DNA of 64,000 nucleotides from Clostridiales bacterium (lineage in GTDB: Bacteria; Bacillota; Clostridia; Christensenellales; Aristaeellaceae), in assembly GCA_012517815.1 (NCBI GenBank), contig JAAYUF010000050.1, positions 5,941-69,940 on the forward strand, read 5' to 3'. Below the pieces are notes generated by a model. The model did not search any database and was not told the origin of the DNA. It saw nothing but the letters and a program-made list of their open reading frames with translations. This document shows, in pieces, positions 1 through 9,800 of the stretch (the stretch's first letter is position 1; every line of letters starts with the position of its first letter). The translations under genes and the position numbers were made by a program.

Positions 1-82
1 GGTTTTCCGCGTTAAAAGCGCCAACGGCGTAATGCCCCTGCTGCGCGGCCAGCAACAACTCACGGGAAGAGACGAGTGGCAT
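1..82 (-). CDS. class II ketose-bisphosphate aldolase (fructose/tagatose-1,6-bisphosphate aldolase family), first 27 codons only; gene runs off the left edge
   Basis: My translation of the minus strand from ATG at 82..80 gives MPLVSSRELLLAAQQGHYAVGAFNAEN, the typical class II aldolase N-terminus (MPLVS...YAVG.FN). GGAG at 94..91 lies 8 nt upstream. Too short to appear in the ORF track. Confidence 0.55.
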   Translation of the reverse strand, partial: MPLVSSRELLLAAQQGHYAVGAFNAEN

Positions 83-99
83 GGGATCAGCTCCTAATA

Positions 100-110
100 C
101 GTAACGTTTC
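100..110. promoter_or_regulatory. candidate LacI-family operator half-palindrome (CGTAACGTTTC), copy 1
   Basis: The 11-mer cgtaacgtttc has a central AACGTT palindrome and sits 9 nt downstream of the -10 box of the aldolase promoter. The identical 11-mer occurs at 6406..6416 in the same position relative to the ABC-operon promoter. Confidence 0.45.
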
Positions 111-119
111 GCTTTCCAC

Positions 120-148
120 AGTATAGCGATTTCTCTATGTTCTGTCAA
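120..148 (-). promoter_or_regulatory. sigma-70/sigma-A type promoter for the aldolase gene
   Basis: Minus strand reads TTGACA (148..143), a 17-nt spacer, then TATACT (125..120). Confidence 0.6.
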
Positions 149-200
149 TATCCGCCGGCCTTTCGGCCGCAAATTTACCATAACGATTCGCAAACGCTGA

Positions 201-229
201 TTGTGTTTATTCCGCCGGTTTGATATAAT
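201..229 (+). promoter_or_regulatory. promoter of the LacI-family regulator gene
   Basis: TTGTGT (201..206), a 17-nt spacer, then an extended -10 TGATATAAT (221..229). The start codon is 39 nt downstream. Confidence 0.55.
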
Positions 230-267
230 ACAGGCGAGAATGAACCGGATTATGGGAGGGCTGCCCC

Positions 268-1287
268 ATGGCTGCCACGATGAAAGACATCGCCAGACTC
301 ACCGGCCTTGGACTGGCAACCATCTCCAAGTACATGAACGGCGGCACCGTTCGGCCGAAAAACAAAAAGCTGATTGAGGATGCCGTCAAGGAACTGCGCT
401 TCGTCCCCAACGAGTTTGCGCGCAGTCTGAAAACCAGCCTGTCCAGAACCGTCGGCGTCGTGATTCCGGAACTGGGCAACCAGTTTATCACCTCCATCAT
501 CACCACGATGGATGATATGCTCCGCAAGCACGATTACGCGGTCATCGTGTGCGATTGCCGCACCGACGCCAAACGCGAGCGCGAAGCCGTATCGTTCCTG
601 GTCCACAAACGGGTGGACGGTCTGATCAACATGTCTACCGACCAAAGCGGCGAGCACCTCAAACCCGCGCTGGAAGCCGGCATCCCCATCGTGCTGGTGG
701 ACCGCATGGTGAAACCCCTGACGGGTAAGGTCAGCGCCGTCGTCGTGGACAATGTGGACGCGGCGGAAAAGGCGACGCGCTACCTGATTGAATCCGGGCA
801 TACGGATATCGGGTTGGTGCTGGGCAACGATTGCATCTACACCACGCAGAAACGCCGGGACGGTTACCTGAACGCCTATGCGGAGTTCAGCCTGACGCCG
901 CGCGAGGAACTGATTCGTTTCAGCGATTACACCATGGAAGGCGGCTATGCCGCGATGAAGCGGCTGATCTCCCTGCCCCAGCGGCCCACCGCCGTGTTTG
1001 TCACCAATTTCGAGATGACCCTCGGCGCCATGATCGCCCTGAACGAAGCGCAGCTCCGCGTGCCGGAAAACATGTCCTTCATCGGGTTTGACAAGCTGGA
1101 TCTGTTCGGCGCGGTTTTCCCCAACCTTACGCTGGTCAAGCAGCCGCAAAACGCGATCGGCGAATGCGTCGCCAAGCAGATTCTGCGCCTGATGGCGGAC
1201 CCCCACGCCGACGCGCTGCACCAGATCATCACGCTGGCCACCTCGCTCAACGTCGGCGGCAGCACGCGCGATCTGCGAACGCCCTGA
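268..1287 (+). CDS. LacI/GalR family transcriptional regulator
   Basis: 339-aa ORF. N-terminal HTH MKDIARLTGLGLATISKYMNG, followed by a periplasmic-binding-fold sugar domain (VGVVIPELGNQF..., PTAVFVTNFEMTLGA). Confidence 0.9.
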   Translation: MAATMKDIARLTGLGLATISKYMNGGTVRPKNKKLIEDAVKELRFVPNEFARSLKTSLSRTVGVVIPELGNQFITSIITTMDDMLRKHDYAVIVCDCRTDAKREREAVSFLVHKRVDGLINMSTDQSGEHLKPALEAGIPIVLVDRMVKPLTGKVSAVVVDNVDAAEKATRYLIESGHTDIGLVLGNDCIYTTQKRRDGYLNAYAEFSLTPREELIRFSDYTMEGGYAAMKRLISLPQRPTAVFVTNFEMTLGAMIALNEAQLRVPENMSFIGFDKLDLFGAVFPNLTLVKQPQNAIGECVAKQILRLMADPHADALHQIITLATSLNVGGSTRDLRTP

Positions 1288-1566
1288 CCGCATTTTCCGC
1301 GTGCGATCCGCCTGTCTGTTGGCGCCGCGTTGTCCGGCGACGGGAGCCGGCCCGGCCGAGGCTCTCGCGCGGGTGAGTCCTCAAGCGGGGGGAACGTTTC
1401 CCCGCCATTTGTTGGGCAACCCGTCTGTGGCACTGCATCGTTTTGGTTAGCACCGCCCATTCTCCCCGCGGCGGTCGATCCCCTCGCGCCCGGCCGGAGA
1501 GGGTATACGCAAAGATCCGGCAGATGCTTCGGCATTCATGCCGAACCGTCCGATGATCCAACGGGA

Positions 1567-1596
1567 AGCGCCGCGCCTCTTTCGAGGCGCGGCGCT
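1567..1596. terminator. GC-rich hairpin between convergent genes (possible bidirectional terminator)
   Basis: Perfect 13-bp stem agcgccgcgcctc / gaggcgcggcgct with loop tttc. It lies between the LacI stop (1287) and the SBP stop (1612). No clear U-tract. Confidence 0.45.
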
Positions 1597-1611
1597 GCGC
1601 ATGGTAGGGGA

Positions 1612-2703
1612 TCAGTCGTACAGGTTGGGCGCGATTTCGTCGGAAGCGATGTTGGCGGCGGTGTAGAACGCGCAGCCGGTATCGGTGTCCTGTACGGCTT
1701 CGCCGTTAGCGACAGCCAGCAGCAGGTCGATCAGCTTCTCGCCGATGCCGACGGGGCTCTGGGTCACGGCGCCAAACATGGTGCCGGCCGTCACGGCGGC
1801 CTTGATTACGGTGCCGGAGTCAAAGCCCACGGCGATGATCTGGGTATCCTCGGAGCCGCAGACGTTGAGCGTCTCGTTGGCGGTGATAACGCCCTCGGCA
1901 GCGACCTGGTTGGAGCCGAACACGGCGATGGTGTCGGGCTGGTTGAGCACGACGCCCGCTTCGGTGGCGCACAGTTCGGTCGTGGTCTGCGCGGGCACGC
2001 GGACTTCGATGATGACGTTCGCGTCGGCCTCGGCAGCCTTTTCGCCCTTGGAATCGCCAACGTATTTATCGTTGCCGATCACGGCGACTTTGTAGCCATC
2101 GGCGGCGGCCAGCTCAATGAACTTGTCGATGAAGCCCAGGCCGCGGTTGGTGATGGACTCGGAGGTGGCGTCCTGGTTGATCTCGCCTACGCGCACGGGC
2201 GCGGTGGCGGCGGCGATGCGGGCCTTGATCTTGGCGTAGAGGTTCTCGGCGACCACGGTGCCGGCCGCGTAGTTGTCGGTGGAAGCGTTGGCCAGCACGG
2301 CGCCGGCGGGAGCGTTGGGCACGCCGGAGTCAAAGCCGATGATCGGGATGCCGGCAGCCTGCGCGGCGGCGATGTTGTCGTTGAGCGCGTTCACATCCAG
2401 CGCGGCCAGACCGATGGCATCGGGCTTGGCGTTGAGCGCGGATTCGAACATGTTCACCTGTACGGCGATGTCGCTCTCGGAGTCGGGCCCGACCATGTTG
2501 AACTTGATCTTCTCATAGCCGGCTTCGTCGTTGATCTTCTTCGTCTCGGCCTGGCAGCCCTTCAGAACAGCCTGCCAGTAGGTGGACTGGAAGCCCTTGG
2601 ATACGATCTCGAAGGAGTAGGTCTTCGCTTCGTCCGCATAAGCGAAGGAGCACAGGCCAATGACCATGGCCAGCACCAGGAACAGAGACAGCGCCTTTTT
2701 CAT
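1612..2703 (-). CDS. sugar ABC transporter substrate-binding protein (ribose/galactose-type, PBP type I)
   Basis: 363 aa. Signal peptide MKKALSLFLVLAMVIGLCSFAYA|DE. Type I sugar-binding fold. Last gene of an ATPase-permease-permease-SBP operon. Confidence 0.9.
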   Translation of the reverse strand: MKKALSLFLVLAMVIGLCSFAYADEAKTYSFEIVSKGFQSTYWQAVLKGCQAETKKINDEAGYEKIKFNMVGPDSESDIAVQVNMFESALNAKPDAIGLAALDVNALNDNIAAAQAAGIPIIGFDSGVPNAPAGAVLANASTDNYAAGTVVAENLYAKIKARIAAATAPVRVGEINQDATSESITNRGLGFIDKFIELAAADGYKVAVIGNDKYVGDSKGEKAAEADANVIIEVRVPAQTTTELCATEAGVVLNQPDTIAVFGSNQVAAEGVITANETLNVCGSEDTQIIAVGFDSGTVIKAAVTAGTMFGAVTQSPVGIGEKLIDLLLAVANGEAVQDTDTGCAFYTAANIASDEIAPNLYD

Positions 2704-2763
2704 GAGATAACCCCCTTTTTTTATTATGACGCCTTCTGGCGTGCATAACGTGTCAGCGGCGCG

Positions 2764-3741
2764 TTACTTGCGGCGGCGCGCCATGTCGATCGTCACCGCG
2801 ACGATCAGGATACCCCCGGTGATGATCTGCTGCCAGTTGGCTTGCAGGCCGATGTTGGGCAGCCCGGTCTTCAGCAGCGATATGAGGCACACGCCCAGGA
2901 ACGTGCCCACGATCGACCCGCTGCCGCCCGTCATGGCCGTGCCGCCGATGATGGCCCCGCCGATGGCGTCCAGCTCCAGCCCCGCGCCGGTGCCGGGCGT
3001 AATGCTGGTAAACGTGCAGGCGTAGGCGATGGCTGCAAGCCCGGCAAAGAAGCCCGAAATGACGTACGCCATGATGTGCCAGCGCGCCACGTTGACGCCG
3101 GAGAGCTTCAGCGCCTCCTTGTTGCTGCCGATGGCGATGATGTAGCGCCCCACGCGCGTGTGGTTGAGCACGACGGACATCACCAGCACCAGAAACAGAA
3201 TGATGACCATCCCCACCGGATAGGTCACATCCCCGATTTTATACCGGAGCAGATCGCGCACCCAGCTGCCTTCCTGCCCGGCCATGGGCCACACGCCGGT
3301 CATCCCGTTGGTCAGGATGGAACCCAGCCCGCGCACGATCATCATGGTGCACAGCGTGGTGATAAACGGCGGCAAATCGAGCTTGGCGACGATCACGCCG
3401 TTGAAGAAGCCGAACAGGATGCCCATCCCGACCGTGACCGCCATGGCTACGCCGATGGGCAGGCCCATCTGGCGCATCAGGTAGCTTCCAACAATCGAGT
3501 AGCACACCAGCCCTGTGCCGATGGACAGGTCCACGCCCCCGGTGATCAGCGGGAAAGTGACGCCGATCGCCATCAGCATGGTGTAGTACATATAGCTTGC
3601 CATGGTAATCAGCGTGGTATACTTGCGAAACGACGCGCTTACCAGGCAGAAAAACGTGAACAGGATGACTAATACGCCGATGATCACCAGGCGCTGTACC
3701 CCCACCGCCTGCAGGATCGTCTTCTTTTTGGAACCGGTCAT
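2764..3741 (-). CDS. sugar ABC transporter permease (RbsC/AraH-type)
   Basis: 325 aa, multi-TM. Motifs TGGVDLSIGTG and IGGTAMTGGSGSIVGTFLG are typical of CUT2 permeases. Confidence 0.9.
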   Translation of the reverse strand: MTGSKKKTILQAVGVQRLVIIGVLVILFTFFCLVSASFRKYTTLITMASYMYYTMLMAIGVTFPLITGGVDLSIGTGLVCYSIVGSYLMRQMGLPIGVAMAVTVGMGILFGFFNGVIVAKLDLPPFITTLCTMMIVRGLGSILTNGMTGVWPMAGQEGSWVRDLLRYKIGDVTYPVGMVIILFLVLVMSVVLNHTRVGRYIIAIGSNKEALKLSGVNVARWHIMAYVISGFFAGLAAIAYACTFTSITPGTGAGLELDAIGGAIIGGTAMTGGSGSIVGTFLGVCLISLLKTGLPNIGLQANWQQIITGGILIVAVTIDMARRRK

Positions 3742-3775
3742 ATCCGTGCCCCCTCATTCTGCTGATGTGCCGCGC

Positions 3776-4777
3776 TCAGTTCCTGCGTTTACGGCTCATG
3801 ATATCCGCCGTTACCGCACAAAGGACGATCAGGCCGGTGAGCACGTATTGGTAGGAGATGGTGAAGCCCATCGCAAGAATCCCTTCCTGCATCAGCGCTA
3901 CGATGATCGCGCCGATCACCGTGCCCAGAATCGAGGCCGAGCCGCCGGCCATGGACGTACCGCCCATAACGCAGGCCGCGATCGCCTCGTTGTTGAACGT
4001 ATCGCCCAGCCCCGGCTGCACGGTGGTATACGCGCCTACATAGAAAATGGCCGCGATGCCCGCCAGCGTTCCGCTCAGCACATAGGCCAGCATCTCCCAG
4101 CGGCGGGTGTCCACCCCGGACAGGCGTACCGCTTCGCGGTTGCTGCCGATGCACAGCATGTAGCGGCCGGCCGTCGTACGGTAGAGGATGATCGAGCACA
4201 GAATGGCGAACACGGCCAGAATTACGAAACCTACGGGGAGGTTGCTGGACTTGACCAGATCGCGGTACCAGGAGGTGGCCGGGTCGTTGGAGGGCCAGGT
4301 GACCGACTGGGTTTTGGTGAAGATGGAGCCGACCCCTTTGGCGACCTGCATCAGCGCCAGCGAGGTAATGAAGGAGGGCAGCCGCCGGAAGGCGACGAAA
4401 TAGCCGCCGATGCTGCCAAACACCGCGCCCACCCCGACGCTGATGAAGATGCACAGCCACAGCGGGAGATTGAACTTGGTCAGGCAGTAGCCGGAGATCA
4501 GCGCGGAACAGAACATCACCGGCCCGATGGAGAAATCGATGCCGCCAGTCGCGATGACAAACGTGACGCCCAGCCCCATGAAGCCGATAAAATACGCATA
4601 GTTGAGCGCGCTCATCACGCGGTTGTAATTCACAAAGGTGGATCCGTTGCGCAAAAGGGGCGTCAGCAGGGTGAACAGGCCGTACATGAGGAAGATGATC
4701 GCGATGAGAATCACGCGGTTAAACCCGATCACCCTGACGAAACGCAGGTTTTTAAACTTCCGGAGCGCTTCCTTCAC
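3776..4777 (-). CDS. sugar ABC transporter permease (second RbsC-type subunit)
   Basis: Motifs GGIDFSIGPVM and MGGTSMAGGSASILGTVIG. I place the start at GTG 4777 (VKEALRKFKN...), preceded by GAGGAGG; the longer track ORF (to 4882) would overlap the ATPase gene. Confidence 0.85.
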   Translation of the reverse strand: MKEALRKFKNLRFVRVIGFNRVILIAIIFLMYGLFTLLTPLLRNGSTFVNYNRVMSALNYAYFIGFMGLGVTFVIATGGIDFSIGPVMFCSALISGYCLTKFNLPLWLCIFISVGVGAVFGSIGGYFVAFRRLPSFITSLALMQVAKGVGSIFTKTQSVTWPSNDPATSWYRDLVKSSNLPVGFVILAVFAILCSIILYRTTAGRYMLCIGSNREAVRLSGVDTRRWEMLAYVLSGTLAGIAAIFYVGAYTTVQPGLGDTFNNEAIAACVMGGTSMAGGSASILGTVIGAIIVALMQEGILAMGFTISYQYVLTGLIVLCAVTADIMSRKRRN

Positions 4778-4791
4778 GTTGGTTATCCTCC

Positions 4792-6294
4792 TCAGACGGC
4801 GATTTCGCGGGTCGCGGCGTTCATGATCTTTTCCTGCGTCGCCGTGGACACGTCGAACTCGGCGGTTTTCTTCCCTTCGCACATGACGATGATACGGTCG
4901 CTCATGCGAAGGATTTCCGGCATTTCGGAGGAAATCATGATGATGGACTTGCCTTCCTGCACCAGACGGTTCATCAGCTCATAAATTTCCTGCTTCGCGC
5001 CCACGTCGATGCCGCGGGTCGGCTCGTCGAAGATCAGGATCTTGCTGTTGCTGATCAGCCACTTGGCAACGACGACCTTCTGCTGGTTGCCGCCGGAGAG
5101 GTTCATGACCAGCTGATCCACGCCGGGGGTCTTGGTCTTGAGCGCGTCCACCATGCGCTGGGTCACCTTGCGCTCCGCTTCGCCGTCAATCAGGCTTCCG
5201 TGCTTCACATAGTTCTGCAGGCAGGCGAGCGTGCTGTTTTCGCAGATGTTCTTTTTCAGCACGACGCCATATCGCTTGCGATCCTCGGACAGGTAGCCGA
5301 TCCCCGCGCGCACGGCGTCCTTTGGAGAGTGGATGTTGACCTTTTCCCCGTCGATGTAGATGTCGCCGCTGTCCTTGGCGTCCGCGCCGAAAAGGGCGCG
5401 CGCCGTTTCGGTGCGCCCGGCGCCCATCAGGCCGGAAAAACCCAGGATCTCGCCCTTGCGCAGCGTAAAGCTCACGTCGCGCACCATACGGCCGGCGTTG
5501 AGATGCTCCACGCGCAGCACCACGGGCGCGTCGGCGGGCACGCGGCTTTGCGTTTTGGGTTCCTCGAAGATCACGCGGCCCACCATCATGTGGATGATAT
5601 CGTCCTTGGTGCACTCGGCGGTCACCAGCGTGCCCACGGTCTGCCCGTCGCGCATGACGGTCACGCGGTCGGTGATGCGCTTAATCTCATCCATGCGGTG
5701 GGAAATGTATACGATGCCGTATTGGCGGTCTCTCAAATCCCGGATGATGCGGAACAGCTGGTCGATCTCCGTATCGGTCAGGGCCGCGCTCGGCTCGTCA
5801 AAAACGATCACCTTCGCCTCGTGGGAGATGGCTTTGGCGATTTCGCACATCTGCTGTTTGCCTACGGTCAGCTGGCTCATGGTCTCGCGCGGATCGATCT
5901 CGATGCCCAGCTGCGCGAAAAGTTTGGCGGCCTCCTCATTCATGCTGGCGTCGTCAATCAGCAGGCCGTGCCTCGGTTCCCGCCCGATGAAGATGTTTTG
6001 CGCCACCGTCAGGTGGCCCATCATGTTCAGTTCCTGATGCACGATCACGATACCGGCCGATTGCGCTTCGCGGGGGCTGGCGAAACGAACCTCGCGCCCC
6101 TCAAACACGATTGTGCCCGCATCCTTCTGATAAATTCCCGTGAGCACCTTCATCAGGGTGGATTTACCCGCGCCGTTTTCACCCATCAGCGCGTGTACTT
6201 CTCCCCTTCTCACGTCCATGCTCACCTTGTCCAGCGCGTGAACTCCCGGGAAGGTTTTATCGATCCCCTCCATGGTCAGAATGATCTCGCCCAA
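4792..6294 (-). CDS. sugar ABC transporter ATP-binding protein (duplicated NBD, RbsA/MglA-type)
   Basis: Walker A GENGAGKSTLMK, second-domain signature LSGGNQQKVVVAKW, about 500 aa. Start placed at TTG 6294 behind GGAAGGAAGGA (LGEIILTMEGIDKTFPGVHALD); the track ORF extends to 6393. Confidence 0.85.
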   Translation of the reverse strand: MGEIILTMEGIDKTFPGVHALDKVSMDVRRGEVHALMGENGAGKSTLMKVLTGIYQKDAGTIVFEGREVRFASPREAQSAGIVIVHQELNMMGHLTVAQNIFIGREPRHGLLIDDASMNEEAAKLFAQLGIEIDPRETMSQLTVGKQQMCEIAKAISHEAKVIVFDEPSAALTDTEIDQLFRIIRDLRDRQYGIVYISHRMDEIKRITDRVTVMRDGQTVGTLVTAECTKDDIIHMMVGRVIFEEPKTQSRVPADAPVVLRVEHLNAGRMVRDVSFTLRKGEILGFSGLMGAGRTETARALFGADAKDSGDIYIDGEKVNIHSPKDAVRAGIGYLSEDRKRYGVVLKKNICENSTLACLQNYVKHGSLIDGEAERKVTQRMVDALKTKTPGVDQLVMNLSGGNQQKVVVAKWLISNSKILIFDEPTRGIDVGAKQEIYELMNRLVQEGKSIIMISSEMPEILRMSDRIIVMCEGKKTAEFDVSTATQEKIMNAATREIAV

Positions 6295-6405
6295 TTCCGA
6301 TCCTTCCTTCCCGCCGGTTTCAGCAGTGAGTCTCGATACGGTTACGCTTTCCCTGAATATATCACGTTTCGGCGAAGCATTGCCTGACTGCAAGGCTTAA
6401 TAAAG

Positions 6406-6416
6406 CGTAACGTTTC
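6406..6416. promoter_or_regulatory. candidate LacI-family operator (CGTAACGTTTC), copy 2
   Basis: Identical 11-mer to 100..110, located 11 nt downstream of the -10 box of the ABC-operon promoter. Confidence 0.45.
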
Positions 6417-6427
6417 CATTTGCGAAC

Positions 6428-6456
6428 ACTATACAATATTGTGAATGGCTTGTCAA
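6428..6456 (-). promoter_or_regulatory. promoter of the ABC transporter operon 6294->1612
   Basis: Minus strand reads TTGACA (6456..6451), a 17-nt spacer, then TATAGT (6433..6428). Confidence 0.65.
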
Positions 6457-6776
6457 GTATTTCATTTGTCTCATCCTAAATGTACAAATTGACGGTCTGT
6501 AACAGGGTTGCGGCGCCGTTGCGGGTTATCCTTGAAATGTATACGTTTCGCTTTTGTGATAGACAGCGGAATAGATCCCGTCCCGGACCCGTGCCGCTTA
6601 TCCGGTTTCAGTACAGGAAAGCGTCCAGGCTCGCGAGCGATTTTCCGCTTTGACGAGGGGCGGAAGCGGAGGCGCAGCGGGGTTGCGCCGTGCTTTGCGA
6701 CAAAGCCGGAGGAGAAATGCGCCGCGGAATGGAGGCGTTGATGACTGCAAACCGCATCAGGCGCCGGATGATCGAC

Positions 6777-6814
6777 AAAAAAGGACGCCCGCGCCTTCAG
6801 GAGCGCGGGCGTCC
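6777..6814 (-). terminator. rho-independent terminator of the large secreted-protein gene
   Basis: 12-bp stem ggacgcccgcgc / gcgcgggcgtcc with an 8-nt loop. On the minus strand it is followed by TTTTTT (6782..6777). It lies 60 nt past the stop at 6875. Confidence 0.8.
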
Positions 6815-6874
6815 CCATGGTATGGTCAGAATCGCCTGTTGCTATGTCCCGTTCCCGCCGGTCGACCTCGCGGT

Positions 6875-9800
6875 TTACTCGCCGGCTGCGCCAAGCGAAA
6901 CGGAAGCGGACGCCGTATCGCTGCTGGCGAAAGTGACCTCGGCGCGCAGGGTGCTGTTGGCCGCCACATCGTCCGCGGTGACCGTGTAATCAAACTGATC
7001 GGTCGGCAGCGACAGCGCCACGCCGTCCAGGTACCACACGATGCCCGTTGCGCTGTCCGACGGACTGGGTACGGCGGTGATCACCGTACCCTCCGCGATG
7101 GTGGAGGGGCTGTAGCTGAACGTCACGCTGTAGGTGACCTCCGGCGTGGTCGTGACTTCCGTAGTGGTCGTAACCTCCGGGGACTCGGACACCGTTACCT
7201 CCGGCGTCGTGGATTCCGTCACCTCAGGGCTGGCGGAATCCGTCGCCGTCTCCGTCGGGGTATCGGTCACCGTGTCGGTCGCCGTTTCCGTCGGGGTATC
7301 GGTCACCGTGTCGGTCGCCGTTTCCGTCGGGGTATCGGTCGCGGTGTCGGTCGCCGTTTCCGTGGCCGTTTCCGTCGGGGTGGCACTGTCGGTAACGGTC
7401 GGCTCTTCGGTTTCGGGCTCCTCGGATTCAAATATGAACGAGAGCGTGGTGGCCGTGCTCACATCGGTGGCGATGGCCTGCGCGGGGATGTCGTAGGTGC
7501 TGCCGGCGTAGTTGCCCTTGCCGTACACGGTGGCCGTAAGGTCCTTGCCGGCGCTGTCCGCGGGCAGCAGCAGCGATTTTTCCGTGCCCACATGGTACAC
7601 GGAGCCGTCCAGCGACCAGGAGATACGGTCCAGGCTCGCGGTAGGCAGGTCGGTGCTCACCTGAATGGTTTCGCCGGGGGCGAAGGTTCCAAAGAACACG
7701 GCGGTGAAGGTTTTGGCAATCACCGTGCCGGTGGTCTGCACCAGCACGCTGGCCTCGCCCGTATAGCCGGCGCCGGGCGTTACCGTAAGGGTGATGGTGT
7801 GCCCGATATCCGCCGCGTTTACGGTGATGGACGAGCCCGAATAGGACGTGCCGTTGCCCAGCCACGTATAGGTTGCCGAGGCGGTCGAAGGCACGATGGA
7901 GGCGGTGAGCGTATCCCCGGCGACGGGCGAGGCGCTGGAGAAGGTGACTGCGGTAATCTCGCGCGCGTCCACCGTAGCGGTGTCCGTCAGCGCGGCGTCG
8001 GTGTAGTAGTCGCCTTTCCCCACCACGGACAGGGTCAGCGTATCGCCGGCCACATCCCCCGCGGGCACGGCGTAGGACAGGGTGGAGGAGCTCGCGCCGT
8101 TAAGCGTCCATGTATAGGTGGCGATCACGGTGTTGGCCGTGGTCGTGCCGCCGTCCAGCGACGGGGTAAGCGTATCCCCCACCACCACATGCCCCGCGGT
8201 GGAACTACTGCTGCCGCTGATTTCCACCCCGGTCAGCTTTTGCTTGACGGTGGAGGTGGTCGTGCGCGACAGGGTGCCGGAATAGCTGCTGGCGCTGCTG
8301 GCGGTCGCCGTGACGGTCAGCAGGGAGCCGCGGTCGGCGTCCGTGAGGGTATAGTTCGCGGTCGTGGCGGTCGCGACCAGCGTCGCGCCGCGGTACCAGC
8401 TGAAGGTGCAGGATGCGGAAACATCCGTCGAGCCGGCCAGCACGGTGGCCGTCAGGAGGTTGCTGGACGCGTCGGGATCATACTTGGGCGTGCTGGTGCT
8501 CAGCGTCAGGCCCGTGATGTTGGTCTTGGACACCACCGTGCCGGTGGTATCGGTGGCGGTGCCGGAGTAGTTGCCGCTGCCGGTGATGGTGATCATCAGC
8601 GTCCGGCCGACCATGCCGGAGGTTACCACCATCTGGCTGGCGGTGCTCAGCACCGTGGTGGTATCGTCGGAGTACGTCCAGCGGTAGGTCGCCGTCGCCG
8701 TGGCGGGCGTGGGCGTCGCAACCAGCGTATCGCCCACGTTGGGGTAATCGACCCCGGTGGTGGAAGCATTGGTGCTGTTGGTAATTTCAACGCCGGACAC
8801 GGTTCCGGTCGCCTGTACCAGGTTGGCGGCCGTCACCTCGGCGGAGCCGGTATACAGGCCCGCGCCGGTCACCTTGAGGCGGACGGTCTGGTACAGGTCC
8901 GCGCTGGCAACCGTATACGTGGAGCCGGTGCCCACCAGCACGCCGCCCACATACCATTCGTAGGAGACCGTCGCGCCGGTCGGCGTAAGGGTCGCGGCGC
9001 GCAGCACATCGCCCACGACGGGCGCGTCGTTGTTGAGCGTTACGCCTGTGACCGCCGTGCCCGCGACCACGGGGCTGGTCAGCGCGCTGGTCGCGGAGCC
9101 GGTATAGGAGCCGTTGCCCGTGACGGTCAGCTTGATCTGCTGCCCCACATCGCCGCTGGTAACCGTATAGGTCGCGGTGGTCGCCGCAAGCGACGTGCCC
9201 GCGTACCAGGCATAGTCCACCGTCGCCCCGCTGGGCGTGATGGAGCTGGCGCTCAGCACGCTGCCCACCACCGGCGTGGTGTTGTTCAGCGTTACGGCCG
9301 TTACCACGGTGGAACTGGAGTAGTGCAGGAACTCGTTCATCATGTAGCCGGTACGGCTGCCCACGGAGATATAGTCCCATGTGCTGCCGTGCGTAATCAC
9401 CGTGACCAGCGTACCCACGCTGTAGACGCCGATCACGGCATAGCCCGTGCCGGGGCCGGTGCGCAGGCGCACACCGTAGCCGTTGGCGCTCCAGATGGTC
9501 GCGGTATCGCCGGAGGTTCCGCCTCCGCCGCTGCTGGTGGTCAGGAATTTGTTCATCATATAGCCGACGCGGCTGCCAATCTGAATTTTGCTCCAGTAGG
9601 TGCCCGTCTGCAGCACGGTAACCGCCGTGCCGACGCTGTACACCCCCAGGATGCTGTAGCCCGTGCCTGGGCCGGAGCGCAGGCGAACGCCGTACCCGTT
9701 GGCGCTGGTTACGTACGCGGTGCCTGTGCCGCCGCCGGAAAACGTGATGTAGGAGGCGTACATGTAGCCGGTATTCCCGTCGGGCGCCTCGACGTGATAC

